This document shows positions 30,842 through 40,746 of a stretch of 64,000 nucleotides of DNA, in pieces. This stretch comes from Candidatus Daviesbacteria bacterium. Lineage in GTDB: Bacteria > Patescibacteriota > Microgenomatia > Daviesbacterales > UBA10151. The first letter of the stretch is position 1; each line of letters begins with the position of its first letter. The notes below the pieces were generated by a model, which had not been told where the DNA came from, searched no databases, and worked only from the letters and a program-made list of their open reading frames with translations. Where the stretch lies: the NCBI GenBank assembly GCA_016176335.1, contig JACOXI010000004.1, forward strand, positions 82,303-146,302, read 5' to 3'. Both the position numbers and the translations under genes were made by a program.

Positions 30842-31795
30842 ATGTCAAGTTCAGTCAAGCCGGACCTGTCAATTATTATTCTCAATTACAATGTCAAGGA
30901 TCTTTTATTAAACTGCTTAGATTCTATTTTTAAAAACAAAACTAAAGAGGATAACTGGCAAATTATTGTGGTGGATAATGCATCTAAGGATGGCTCGGTG
31001 GAGGCTGTAAAGGAAAAATATGGTAGCCCTTCGACGAAGTTTATCCCGAGCGAAGTCGAGGGACTCCGGGTAGATTTGATTGAGAATCAATCAAATCTAG
31101 GATTTGCTCAAGGGAATAATGCAGCAATTCCAAAAGCAAAAGCGCCTGTGATTTTGTTTTTAAATCCGGATACAGTAGTGGTAAATGGAGCTATCAGTAA
31201 GTCACTTAAGTTTCTTATGAGCAATCCGGATATGGGAGCCCTGACCTGCCGTGTTGAGTTACCAGATGGAAGGCTGGATTATTCCTGTCACCGGGGTTTT
31301 CCTACTCCATGGAATGCTTTTTGCTATTTTAGTGGTCTTTCTAAAATTTTCCCCCACTCCTCTTTTTTTGCAAGATACACTGCATCTTATCTTGATACCA
31401 ATAAAACCCATGAGATAGATTGTTTAACAGGAGCATTTTTGATGGTCAGAACAATTGCCGGGGAGCAGATAAACTGGTGGGACAAAGATTATTTTTGGAA
31501 CGGAGAGGATATTGAATTCTGCTTTTCTTTAAAAGAGAAGGGCTGGAAAATTTATTTCTATCCTGAAGTAAAAATCATTCACTATAAAGGTTCATCTTCC
31601 GGTTTATGGAATACCGCAGCAAGTAGGGTTTCCCACCAAGTGCGTATGACTTCGGCTACTCATGCAGTCTCTGCCATGAGAATTTTTTATATAAAGCACT
31701 ACTATAAAAATTACCCTCCGCTGCTACGGGATCTCATACTTTTGGGAATCAAATCATTGGAACATTACAGAAAATTTAAGATTATGATGGGCTAA
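30842..31795 (+). CDS. Glycosyltransferase family 2
   Basis: LSIIILNYN, VVDNASKD, LFLNPD, GEDIEFC. Confidence 0.93.
   Translation: MSSSVKPDLSIIILNYNVKDLLLNCLDSIFKNKTKEDNWQIIVVDNASKDGSVEAVKEKYGSPSTKFIPSEVEGLRVDLIENQSNLGFAQGNNAAIPKAKAPVILFLNPDTVVVNGAISKSLKFLMSNPDMGALTCRVELPDGRLDYSCHRGFPTPWNAFCYFSGLSKIFPHSSFFARYTASYLDTNKTHEIDCLTGAFLMVRTIAGEQINWWDKDYFWNGEDIEFCFSLKEKGWKIYFYPEVKIIHYKGSSSGLWNTAASRVSHQVRMTSATHAVSAMRIFYIKHYYKNYPPLLRDLILLGIKSLEHYRKFKIMMG
31026..31071. repeat. REP-like palindrome inserted in frame in the GT2 gene
   Basis: CCCTTCGAC...CCCGAGCGAAGTCGAGGG; encodes SPSTKFIPSEVEGLR. Confidence 0.8.
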
Positions 31796-31798
31796 AAT

Positions 31799-32707
31799 AT
31801 GGACATTTCAATTATCATATTAAGTTATAACACACAAGAGATTACTGATAAGTGTTTAAGAAGACTGCAGTTGTCACGCGTCAATTGTCAGAAAAAGCTC
31901 AAAAATAAAATCGAAGTCATTGTTTTGGATAATGCGTCATCGGACGGTTCGGTGGAGATGATAAAAAAGAACCACCCTTGGGTAAAACTGATTGTTTCCA
32001 AAGAAAACACCGGCTTTTCCAAAGGGAACAATATTGCCATGAAAAAAGTAAAGAATCCGTTCATCTTACTTTTAAATTCAGATGTTTATTTGGAAGAAGA
32101 AAGTTTATACAAAACACTTGCCTATTTTAGGGTCAATTTAAATTGTGATCTGTTGGGGGCAAGATTAAACTTTGTGTCGGGTAAGTTGCAGCCGAGCAGT
32201 GGGAATTTGCCAAATCCTGTTAATATTGTTTTTTGGATTTTGGGGTTAAGTTTGCTTCCAATCATTGGCAGTATCATCCCCCCTTTCCATCCTAAAAACA
32301 AAGGCTTTTTTTCTAAAGCTCATCAGGTTGGCTGGGTGATGGGAGCTTTTTTTGCTTTTAAACAGGAAGTTTTTGAGAAAACTCACGGGTTTGATGAAAA
32401 TTTATTCATGCATATGGAGGAAATTGAGTGGTGTAAAAGGATTTCTGACTACGGATTTAAGATTTGGTATGTGCCGCAGGTGGAAGTAGTACACCTTCAT
32501 GGGGCCTCAACTAATTTTGATTTAGGAAAGAGCTTTTTAAATGAGCTGAAGGGCGTCAAATATTACCTGCAAAAGTATTACCGCAATTTTTATTTGCCAG
32601 TTAAATTATTTTTAATTTTGGGTCTTGTTTTGAGAATTATAGCCTTTTCCTTATTAGGTAAAACCAAAAGAGCCAGAGTATATGTGGATGGGCTAACGGT
32701 GATTTAA
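31799..32707 (+). CDS. Glycosyltransferase family 2
   Basis: ISIIILSYN, LDNASSD, LLLNSD, GFDENLFMHMEE. Confidence 0.93.
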   Translation: MDISIIILSYNTQEITDKCLRRLQLSRVNCQKKLKNKIEVIVLDNASSDGSVEMIKKNHPWVKLIVSKENTGFSKGNNIAMKKVKNPFILLLNSDVYLEEESLYKTLAYFRVNLNCDLLGARLNFVSGKLQPSSGNLPNPVNIVFWILGLSLLPIIGSIIPPFHPKNKGFFSKAHQVGWVMGAFFAFKQEVFEKTHGFDENLFMHMEEIEWCKRISDYGFKIWYVPQVEVVHLHGASTNFDLGKSFLNELKGVKYYLQKYYRNFYLPVKLFLILGLVLRIIAFSLLGKTKRARVYVDGLTVI

Positions 32708-32726
32708 CATTTATGATTTACGATTT

Positions 32727-34496
32727 ATGAAAATAGCGATAATTACCCTAAATTATAACGGCAAGATCAACACACTGGAGCTTTTGGAATCGTTGGGGAA
32801 GCTGGATTCTCACGACTTTGAGCTGAAAACTATTGTTTTGGACAATGCTTCCTCCGATAGTAGTGTTTCCACTATCAAGAAAGCATTTCCCAAGGTAGAT
32901 ATCCTGCAAACCGGCATTAATCTAGGTTTTGGGGGGGGCTACAACAAGGGCTTTGAATATGCATCAATTTGGGGAGCGGATTATTTTTTTGTTATTAATA
33001 ATGACTCAAAAATTGACGGCCCCCACATCTTGCAAAAACTGATTGATGTGGCCGCAGAAAGTCCCCAAATAGGAATAGTTGCACCCAAAATCTTGTTTGA
33101 AAAAGGATTTGAGTTTCATAAAGAAAGATATTCAAAAGATGAATTAGGTAAAGTTATATGGTTTGGGGGAGGCTCATTTGACTGGGATAATATTAAGTCG
33201 GTTCACAGGGGTATAGATCAGGTAGACCACGGTGAATATGATGTTGTCGAAGAAACGGAATTTGTATCTGGCGCGTGCTTTTTAATTAAAAAAGAGGTTT
33301 TGGAAAAAGCAGGAGGATTTGACGGAGACTATTTTCTGTATTTTGAGGATGCGGATCTTTGCCAAAGAGTTTCCAGGATCGGTTTTAAATTATACTTTTG
33401 CGGGAAGACTCAAATTTATCATAAAGTTTCCCAATCAACAGGTATAGGTTCAATTATCACTGATTATTACCATACCAGAAATAGGCTGATTTTCGGGATG
33501 AAGTATGCCAAAAACAGGACTAAATTTGCCTTACTTCGGGAAGCGTTAGGGCTGTTTTTATTTGGAAGACCGGCCCAAAGGCAAGGTGTCTTGGATTACT
33601 ATTTGGGAATTAAGGGAGGTAAGGCAGAGTTAATGGATGTGAAAGCTCAACCCTCGTATCCGCTTAGACTTTCCATAGGGATTGTCAATTACAATACCCC
33701 TAATTTAACAAAGAAACTTTTACAAAGCATTTTTATTAAAAGTTCGGGATATGATCCAAAAATCATGGAGGTGATTGTTTTGGATAATGGATCAACGGAG
33801 AACTTAAGGGAAGTTATCAGACAGTTTTTACCCAAGATTAAATATATACAAAATACCCAAAATGAAGGTTTTTCCAAAGGATATAACAAGACAATCCGCT
33901 ACTCCCTGGGGCAGTATTATTTAATGCTTAACTCGGACATTGAGGTAATTGATGATTCTCTACCAAAGCTTATTAAAGCAGCAGATGAGTTTAACGGTGA
34001 AGCTGTTTTAGGAGGAAAATTAATTTTCCCGGACAGCTCAAAACAGGATTCAGCTTTCCATTTACCAACAATATGGGGCGCTCTTAAAGAATATTTTTTA
34101 GCACAAAAAGGCTCCTATTTTATGTATGAACCTAAAAGTGATCAACCCTCCCAAGTGGAAGGATTAGTTATGGCATGCTTTTTAATTCCTAAAAAGATCT
34201 TACAAAAGGTGGGCCTTTTGGATGAGGAAACTTTTATTTTCTTTGAAGACATTGAATACTGCAAAAGACTGAAACAGATGGGGGTGCCAATTTATTTTGT
34301 GCCATCTGCCAAATTTACTCACCATCATGGAGCCTCCACCAAAAAAATAGGTCAAGAAAAAGCCTATGGCCTTTTACAAAAAGGAGCAGAGCATTATCAT
34401 GGAAAAATTTATTATAAATTACTTACCTTTGTTCTTCAATTGGGTCAAAAGTTAGGTAGGGTTAAAACTCCAGTTTCCAGGTGGACTAAGGATTGA
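32727..34496 (+). CDS. Protein with two tandem GT2 glycosyltransferase domains
   Basis: Two sets of xNYN / DN(A/G)S / NxD / F(F)ED motifs. Confidence 0.92.
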   Translation: MKIAIITLNYNGKINTLELLESLGKLDSHDFELKTIVLDNASSDSSVSTIKKAFPKVDILQTGINLGFGGGYNKGFEYASIWGADYFFVINNDSKIDGPHILQKLIDVAAESPQIGIVAPKILFEKGFEFHKERYSKDELGKVIWFGGGSFDWDNIKSVHRGIDQVDHGEYDVVEETEFVSGACFLIKKEVLEKAGGFDGDYFLYFEDADLCQRVSRIGFKLYFCGKTQIYHKVSQSTGIGSIITDYYHTRNRLIFGMKYAKNRTKFALLREALGLFLFGRPAQRQGVLDYYLGIKGGKAELMDVKAQPSYPLRLSIGIVNYNTPNLTKKLLQSIFIKSSGYDPKIMEVIVLDNGSTENLREVIRQFLPKIKYIQNTQNEGFSKGYNKTIRYSLGQYYLMLNSDIEVIDDSLPKLIKAADEFNGEAVLGGKLIFPDSSKQDSAFHLPTIWGALKEYFLAQKGSYFMYEPKSDQPSQVEGLVMACFLIPKKILQKVGLLDEETFIFFEDIEYCKRLKQMGVPIYFVPSAKFTHHHGASTKKIGQEKAYGLLQKGAEHYHGKIYYKLLTFVLQLGQKLGRVKTPVSRWTKD

Positions 34497-34557
34497 GGCA
34501 AATTGGATCTTGACAAACCTTATACTGTTATCCTTATAATAGAATTAATAGACCAAA

Positions 34558-34803
34558 ATGAATCAAAAAGGAGTAGTTGCCCTAGCTGTCCCTTTACTTT
34601 TTCTGCTGATTGCAACAGTTGTGGTTTTTATCCTCGTTTCTCAAGGTATTATAAAAATACCTCTTAAAAATATAAATTTGCCTGGAGTAAAAAAAGAGGC
34701 TACTGTCTCTTTACAAACTCAATATCAAAACCCCTTTGATAAAAGTGCTCAATATGTTAACCCCTTTTCCGAGTACAAAAATCCATTTGATAATTTGAAA
34801 TAA
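34558..34803 (+). CDS. Small membrane protein with a pilin-like N-terminus
   Basis: MNQKG followed by a hydrophobic helix; three YxNPF repeats at the C-terminus. Confidence 0.7.
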   Translation: MNQKGVVALAVPLLFLLIATVVVFILVSQGIIKIPLKNINLPGVKKEATVSLQTQYQNPFDKSAQYVNPFSEYKNPFDNLK

Positions 34804-34806
34804 AAA

Positions 34807-36390
34807 ATGACCGATATCTTTAGAATTACACAAAGCAAAATACTGGCATTTCTACTAGCTTTTATTTTGCTGTTTGCTATGGTGGCGCTAGCCCAAGCCC
34901 AAGAAAGCCCGGATGAGGTAGCCAAGAAATACAATGTTGCTTTTCCTATTGGGGAGTTGGGTGGGTGTACCGATTATGCAAGTTGTCGGACTTATTGCGA
35001 AGATCCTGTAAACTCGCAGTCTTGTATTGGTTTTGCTAAAGCAAAAGGTTTTTATAAGGAAGATGATTTACAAACTAAAAAAGATGTGATTTTGGATAAA
35101 GCTAAGGCTGCTTTAGGTTGTGATTCGCTTTCCTCCTGTCTGAATTTTTGTGAGGTGCCTGCCAACTACGATAAATGTCACAACTTTGCCCAAGGTAGCA
35201 ATTTATCCGGAGGTATTTTAATAAAACCTGATGGTGGTCAAATCCTAGCAAAGGCTCAACAGGTTTTAGGATGTAGCTCGGAAAACGCATGTAAGTCATT
35301 CTGTGAGGATGAATCTAACAGAGAAAAGTGTGCCCAATTTGCCAGGGAGACTGGACTTCGCGGCGGAGAACATAAAGTTGGTCCTGGAGGTTGTACTTCT
35401 GAATCAACTTGTAAATCTTTGTGCAGCGATCCTAATAATTACCAGGTTTGTTCCGGATTTTCTCAGGTATCAGGGAATACATTTACCGGGCCTGGTGGTT
35501 GTAATAGTGAAGAATCTTGTAGAACCTATTGTCAACAGAATGAGCAGGAATGTAGTAAGGGGTTTGGGGGTCCTAGAGGAAATCAAATAGGTCAAAATAA
35601 ATATAATCCTGCGGAGATGTGTAACAAAACCCCAAACTGTGCATGGCAAGGTAATACCTGCCAGTGTGGTTTTTATGGAGAGACTAATGAAACACGAGAG
35701 AAAGCCGGGGAATATGCGGCTTTTTGTCAATCAAATCCGGATAAATGCAAAGGGGGGCAACAAGGAGTATTTGAGAATGTGAAGCAGCGCCAAGAATTTG
35801 AAAGCTACTGTAGTCAAAATCCGGAAAAATGTAAACCACCAACCAGTGGGACTGAAACTTCCGGTGGAGACGACGGAAGATATCGTTATGGAGCTGATCC
35901 GGCCACAGAGTGTGCCAGATATGGTTGTACTTGGGCGGGAGGTTCGTGTCAATGCTCCACTACGTCTGGTAGTAATTATAATCCTCCTTCATCTGGTACT
36001 TATACCCCGTCTTCAGGTGGAGATAGTAGATATCCTTCTTATTCTGGCTCTGGTAGCTATACCCCTCCTTCATCGGGAAGTTACACTCCCCCTTCTTCTG
36101 GTAGCTATACTCCGCCATCGTCAGGCAGTTATACCCCACCACCCAGTGGAACTTATACCCAGCCTGCTTCTGGTACTTATACCCCTCCTTCATCGGGAAG
36201 TTACACTCCGCCATCTCAACCTTCTGAACCTGCTCCTCAGCAACCATCTCAACCAACTCAAGAATCCGCCCCATCTCAACCTTCCACTGAATCTGCTCCT
36301 CCACCCAGCTATACTCCACCAAGCGGAGTTCAGGGTGTAAGTACTGCAAGGGGATTGTTACAGGCAATTCTCGATTGGCTAAGACAATAG
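34807..36390 (+). CDS. Secreted Cys-rich repeat protein with a Ser/Pro-rich tail
   Basis: Signal peptide; repeated GC...C..(F/Y)C and GPGGC units; YTPPSSGS repeats. Confidence 0.85.
   Translation: MTDIFRITQSKILAFLLAFILLFAMVALAQAQESPDEVAKKYNVAFPIGELGGCTDYASCRTYCEDPVNSQSCIGFAKAKGFYKEDDLQTKKDVILDKAKAALGCDSLSSCLNFCEVPANYDKCHNFAQGSNLSGGILIKPDGGQILAKAQQVLGCSSENACKSFCEDESNREKCAQFARETGLRGGEHKVGPGGCTSESTCKSLCSDPNNYQVCSGFSQVSGNTFTGPGGCNSEESCRTYCQQNEQECSKGFGGPRGNQIGQNKYNPAEMCNKTPNCAWQGNTCQCGFYGETNETREKAGEYAAFCQSNPDKCKGGQQGVFENVKQRQEFESYCSQNPEKCKPPTSGTETSGGDDGRYRYGADPATECARYGCTWAGGSCQCSTTSGSNYNPPSSGTYTPSSGGDSRYPSYSGSGSYTPPSSGSYTPPSSGSYTPPSSGSYTPPPSGTYTQPASGTYTPPSSGSYTPPSQPSEPAPQQPSQPTQESAPSQPSTESAPPPSYTPPSGVQGVSTARGLLQAILDWLRQ
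36058..36213 (+). repeat. 24-bp coding tandem repeat (YTPPSSGS)
   Basis: About 6.5 degenerate units. Confidence 0.85.
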
Positions 36391-36443
36391 TACTAATCCT
36401 AATCTTTTCCAAATTGCTAAAATCAGATATAATTAGACTCTGA

Positions 36444-36526
36444 CCGGAGGTGGCAGAGTGGACAATTGCACCAGACTGTAAATCTGGCGGGTTTTCCCTA
36501 CGGAGGTTCGAATCCTCCCCTCCGGA
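36444..36526 (+). tRNA. tRNA-Tyr(GTA) with C1:G72 and a long variable arm
   Basis: Acceptor CCGGAGG/CCTCCGG, discriminator A73; anticodon arm CCAGA-CTGTAAA-TCTGG; T arm GGAGG-TTCGAAT-CCTCC. Confidence 0.95.
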
Positions 36527-36552
36527 CAGCTGCTTTCTGATATAATCATTAC

Positions 36553-39114
36553 ATGCAACAGGGGTCTTGGAAAGCGCGAAAAGAGTACAGCAGACTGTGG
36601 CGTTTTAAATTCTTATCCAACCTCTCCAACACCATGATATTTTTGGTGTTAGGTTTTCTACTGCTGCTTTTTGGCTCGGTTATATATTTTGCCACCCAAG
36701 TACCTTCACCGGATGAATTAACACAACGATTTGTGGCCCAATCCACCAAAATTTACGATAGAGACGGAGAATTACTATATGATATTTATGAAGGTCAAAA
36801 CAGAACTGCTATCAAGCTTTCGGAAGTCCCCGATGTGATAAAGCAGTCAACCATTGCCATTGAAGATAAAAATTTTTACAAACATTCAGGTTTTTCCATT
36901 ACAGGCATCATCAGATCTGTCTTTAATTTGGCAATACAAAGGAAAATAGAAGGAGGAGGTTCAACTCTCACTCAACAGCTGGTTAAAAATGCTCTCCTTA
37001 CTCCCGAAGCATCGCTTATTAGAAAACTGAAAGAGCTGATTTTGTCCATACAGGTGGAAAGAGCCTACACAAAAGATCAGATTTTGGAGATGTACTTAAA
37101 CGAAATTCCCTATGGCGGTACCGCATATGGAATTGAGGCTGCAGCAAACCTTTACTTTGGTAAATATGCCAAAGATTTAAATTTAGCAGAGGCTTCTCTT
37201 TTGGCAGGTTTGCCCCAAAGACCCTCTGTCTATTCACCGTATGGCTCCAATCCCGAGCTTGCAATAGAAAGACAAAAGGCAGTACTTCGTAGGATGGTTG
37301 AGGACGGTTACATCAGCAAAGATGAGGCAGAGAGTGCCGAGAAAATAAAGCTCTCGTACAGGACCAGACAAAATGAATTGGGTTTTAAGGCTCCACACTT
37401 TGTTTTGTATGTGAAACAAAAACTAATTGAGCAATTCGGGGACAGACTGGTTGAGCAGGGCGGTTTGAAAGTGACCACAACGCTGGATTATAAGATCCAA
37501 GAAAAGGCCCAAGAGATTGTCAGATCGGAAGTTGAAAAACTAAACAGCTCAAAAATAGGAAATGGTGCAGCTGTTGTTTTGGATGTTAAAACCGGACAAA
37601 TCCTGGCCATGGTAGGCAGCAAAGATTACTTTGGGGAATCAAAACCGAATGGGTGTAAAGAGGGGGTAAGCTGTGTTTTTGAACCAAATGTCAATGCCAC
37701 TTTATCGCTAAGACAGCCGGGCTCCGCAACCAAGCCAATTACCTATGCCAAAGCATTGGAAAAGGGTTACACCGCCAACTATACCTTGATGGATGTCAGT
37801 ACGGTATTCCCGGGAGGGATAAATTTGCCTAATTATATTCCCGTCAACTATGATGGTCAATTTCATGGTCCTGTTCAAATAAGGTACGCTTTAGGTAATT
37901 CTTACAATATCCCCGCAGTCAAAATGCTGGCTCTTTTGGGAGTAAGGGATGTTTTAGAACAGGGATACAGAATGGGTCTTACCACCTGGGAGCCATCCGA
38001 AGAAAATGTCAATTCGGTTGGTCTTTCCCTGACTTTGGGAGGACGTGAGGTTAGGCTGTTGGATTTAACTTCCGCTTTCGGGGTTTTGGCCAATAAAGGT
38101 GAACAGAAAGACCCTATTTCAATTCTTAAAGTAACGGATTCTCAAGGAAAAACCCTTCTTGAATCTAAGGAGCAAAGTGGCAGAAAAGTTTTGGATGACG
38201 GGATTGCCTTTATTATTTCCGATATTCTGGCGGATAATGGCGCAAGAACTGCTACTTTTGGTGCCAATTCCTTTCTTAATATCCAGGGGAAAACAGTGGC
38301 TGTAAAAACAGGTACCACTGATCAAAAAAGAGATAATTGGACCATAGGTTTTACTCCCTCAACAGTTGTTGGTGTTTGGGTTGGCAATAATGATAATTCT
38401 CCTTTGGATCCTAAAGTTGCTTCGGGTGTAACCGGCGCAACAACAGTTTGGAATAGATTGATGCGGGAAGTTTTGAAGGACAAACAAAATGAACCTTTCG
38501 AAAAACCAAGCAAAGTTGTACAAGCGGAGGTAGACGGCTTAATGTCGGGAAAGCCTCACGGAGGCGCCCCAACAAGAAAAGAATACTTTATTGGCGGAAC
38601 CGAGCCTAATAACGAATCTTCCGCGTATCAACATCAAAAAGTCTGCAGAAGTAATCCTCATAGGTTGGCAAATGACGGGGAGGAAGCTGACGATAAAGAC
38701 ATGATAGTTTTACAGGAAAATGATCCAACAGGCGCTAATAAGTGGCAGGAGGGTATAGATGCTTGGGTGCTGACAGCTGCTGATCCAAGATTTGTCGGTG
38801 TCACCAGGGGTTGTTCGGGAGTACCGGGATTTAGCGGTGGAACAGGAGGAACCATAGAAATTGTCAACGTTGGCAATGGCGCCAATGTGCCAAGAGTTTT
38901 TGATGTTTTGGCCAAAGCCAACTCCCCTGCCGGAGTTAAGAAAATTACCTGGTTAATTGACGGCGCTGCAAAGTCAACCCAAACTTCCGAACCATTTGCC
39001 CTGCATGTGGAGTTCCCGCAAGGTGACAAAGGTTCGCATACAATTACAGTAACTTTAGAAGATAATAATGGAGCAAGCTTCTCAACTTCAATTGGGGTGA
39101 CTGTGGCTCTTTAG
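36553..39114 (+). CDS. Bifunctional class A penicillin-binding protein (PBP1A family) with a C-terminal Ig-like domain
   Basis: EDKNFY, GGSTLTQQLVKN, RKLKE, SATK, SYN, KTG. Confidence 0.95.
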   Translation: MQQGSWKARKEYSRLWRFKFLSNLSNTMIFLVLGFLLLLFGSVIYFATQVPSPDELTQRFVAQSTKIYDRDGELLYDIYEGQNRTAIKLSEVPDVIKQSTIAIEDKNFYKHSGFSITGIIRSVFNLAIQRKIEGGGSTLTQQLVKNALLTPEASLIRKLKELILSIQVERAYTKDQILEMYLNEIPYGGTAYGIEAAANLYFGKYAKDLNLAEASLLAGLPQRPSVYSPYGSNPELAIERQKAVLRRMVEDGYISKDEAESAEKIKLSYRTRQNELGFKAPHFVLYVKQKLIEQFGDRLVEQGGLKVTTTLDYKIQEKAQEIVRSEVEKLNSSKIGNGAAVVLDVKTGQILAMVGSKDYFGESKPNGCKEGVSCVFEPNVNATLSLRQPGSATKPITYAKALEKGYTANYTLMDVSTVFPGGINLPNYIPVNYDGQFHGPVQIRYALGNSYNIPAVKMLALLGVRDVLEQGYRMGLTTWEPSEENVNSVGLSLTLGGREVRLLDLTSAFGVLANKGEQKDPISILKVTDSQGKTLLESKEQSGRKVLDDGIAFIISDILADNGARTATFGANSFLNIQGKTVAVKTGTTDQKRDNWTIGFTPSTVVGVWVGNNDNSPLDPKVASGVTGATTVWNRLMREVLKDKQNEPFEKPSKVVQAEVDGLMSGKPHGGAPTRKEYFIGGTEPNNESSAYQHQKVCRSNPHRLANDGEEADDKDMIVLQENDPTGANKWQEGIDAWVLTAADPRFVGVTRGCSGVPGFSGGTGGTIEIVNVGNGANVPRVFDVLAKANSPAGVKKITWLIDGAAKSTQTSEPFALHVEFPQGDKGSHTITVTLEDNNGASFSTSIGVTVAL

Positions 39115-40740
39115 TTCTACTTCCAAAATTGCTACTCTTTGTTCTATCCCAAACTTATTAACAAATCTTGGGTGAACTTCGGCCAGTGTAGAAGAAAATC
39201 TGACCGGATGAAAATACTTTTTCACCTTTAGCTTTCCTTCTTTAAGGTGTAAGCGTAAACTTTGGAAAATTTGATTAAGCTCCTGGGTGGGATTATTTGT
39301 ACCATTAACCAAGGCAATTGACAGTCTGTAAGCCTCACAGGGTGAGTCACCTTTTTTAGGGTGGTATACTTTTCCGATCTCGAATATCGCAATATCCCTA
39401 TATCCCTGTCTGGTATTTTTTGCCACCACTTCCAAAAGATTTGGCCAAAGATTATCCCGCATAAATTCAGTCTCAGATGAAATGGGATTTGCTACCTTAA
39501 CTAAATCATTAATCGTTAATCGTAAATAATTAATTGTTTTGGATGAATAAAATGAATATGTTTGCACTTCTGTTAGACCTGCTTCTGATAAAACCTTTTT
39601 AAGGTCATAAATAAAATTAGGCAGAGTCTGGTCGATCTTCTCCGGCAGTTTCCCTTTAAGTTCCTTGGAGGGGATTTTCTCGTATCCATACATTCTAGCT
39701 ACTTCCTCAATCAAATCTTCCTCAATACTGATATCTAACCTAAAGTATGGAGGTGTGACTATCCATTCACCTTCACCGCTCTTTTCTACTTTAAAACTTA
39801 AACTTTCCAAAGAAGAGACCACAAATTTAGGGTCAATATCTTCTCCCAGTAGCTCGTTTAACTTACTTTGGGAAAGGTTCACTTTTTGAGGACGGTCTTC
39901 TAAATCACCAACTAAAGTGATGGCAGTTAACTCGCCTCCTAAACTTTCATACATCTTGATAGCAGCTTGCAGAGCCTTGAGCAAGTTTGTTTTAGTTAAA
40001 CCGTGTTGGAATCTTTTACTGGCTTCAGAATAAAGACCATGCCTTTTAGAACTGTTACGATTAGATATCGGATCAAAGATGGCTGCCTCAAGGAGGATAT
40101 CTGTGGTAGATTCCGACACCTCGGAGTCTTTCCCTCCCATGACACCAGCCAACCCCAGCACTTTCCCAGGGTCAGCTATCAGCAGATCTTCTGGTGACAA
40201 TTTGCGCTTTTTATTATCCAAAGTAACCAATTCTTCATCAGTTTTGGCAGTTCTCACAATTAAGGTTTGACTTACCACTTTATCAGCATCAAAAGCGTGC
40301 ATGGGCTGACCATACTCTAGCATCACTAAATTTGTCACATCAGCTATATTATTGACAGAACGGATGCCGCTATCAGATAGTTTTTTATCCCACACTTGAT
40401 CAGATGGTTGAACTTTTAAACCCTCAATTTTTGCAACACAATAAACCGGGCAAAGGTTTTTTTCCACGACTATGACCGGGGTTTCAGGTAAATCCTTTGC
40501 CCAAGAGTCTACCTTACCAGGAAGCGAAAAAAGGAGCTTAGATCCTGTCACAGCAGCTATTTCCTGGGCTACTCCTCTTAACGATAGAAGATCACCTCTG
40601 TTATAGGTAAGATCCAGTTCCAGATAATCATTGGTAAGTTCTTTGACACCAATTGAATTAAGTGATAATTTATCCGCCAAACTTTGAGATGTTAGATTAT
40701 ATTCTACTAATTCTTTTAACCAGCCCAAACTTACTTTCAT
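39088..40740 (-). CDS. pheT: Phenylalanine-tRNA ligase beta subunit, shortened
   Basis: NRGDLLS, GQPMHAFD, LLEAAIFD, RLDISIEEDLIEEVARMYGY, IFEIGKVY; only 550 aa. Confidence 0.95.
   Translation of the reverse strand: MKVSLGWLKELVEYNLTSQSLADKLSLNSIGVKELTNDYLELDLTYNRGDLLSLRGVAQEIAAVTGSKLLFSLPGKVDSWAKDLPETPVIVVEKNLCPVYCVAKIEGLKVQPSDQVWDKKLSDSGIRSVNNIADVTNLVMLEYGQPMHAFDADKVVSQTLIVRTAKTDEELVTLDNKKRKLSPEDLLIADPGKVLGLAGVMGGKDSEVSESTTDILLEAAIFDPISNRNSSKRHGLYSEASKRFQHGLTKTNLLKALQAAIKMYESLGGELTAITLVGDLEDRPQKVNLSQSKLNELLGEDIDPKFVVSSLESLSFKVEKSGEGEWIVTPPYFRLDISIEEDLIEEVARMYGYEKIPSKELKGKLPEKIDQTLPNFIYDLKKVLSEAGLTEVQTYSFYSSKTINYLRLTINDLVKVANPISSETEFMRDNLWPNLLEVVAKNTRQGYRDIAIFEIGKVYHPKKGDSPCEAYRLSIALVNGTNNPTQELNQIFQSLRLHLKEGKLKVKKYFHPVRFSSTLAEVHPRFVNKFGIEQRVAILEVELKSHSHPN
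39504..39538 (+). repeat. 7-bp array AATCATT AATCGTT AATCGTA AATAATT AATTGTT inside pheT
   Basis: Encodes TINYLRLTIND. Confidence 0.7.
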
Positions 40741-40746
40741 AGTTAT

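Noticed and set aside
35798-36412. Alternative-frame ORFs 35798..36340 and 35960..36412
   Set aside because: They are by-products of the 24-bp coding repeat in the Cys-rich protein.
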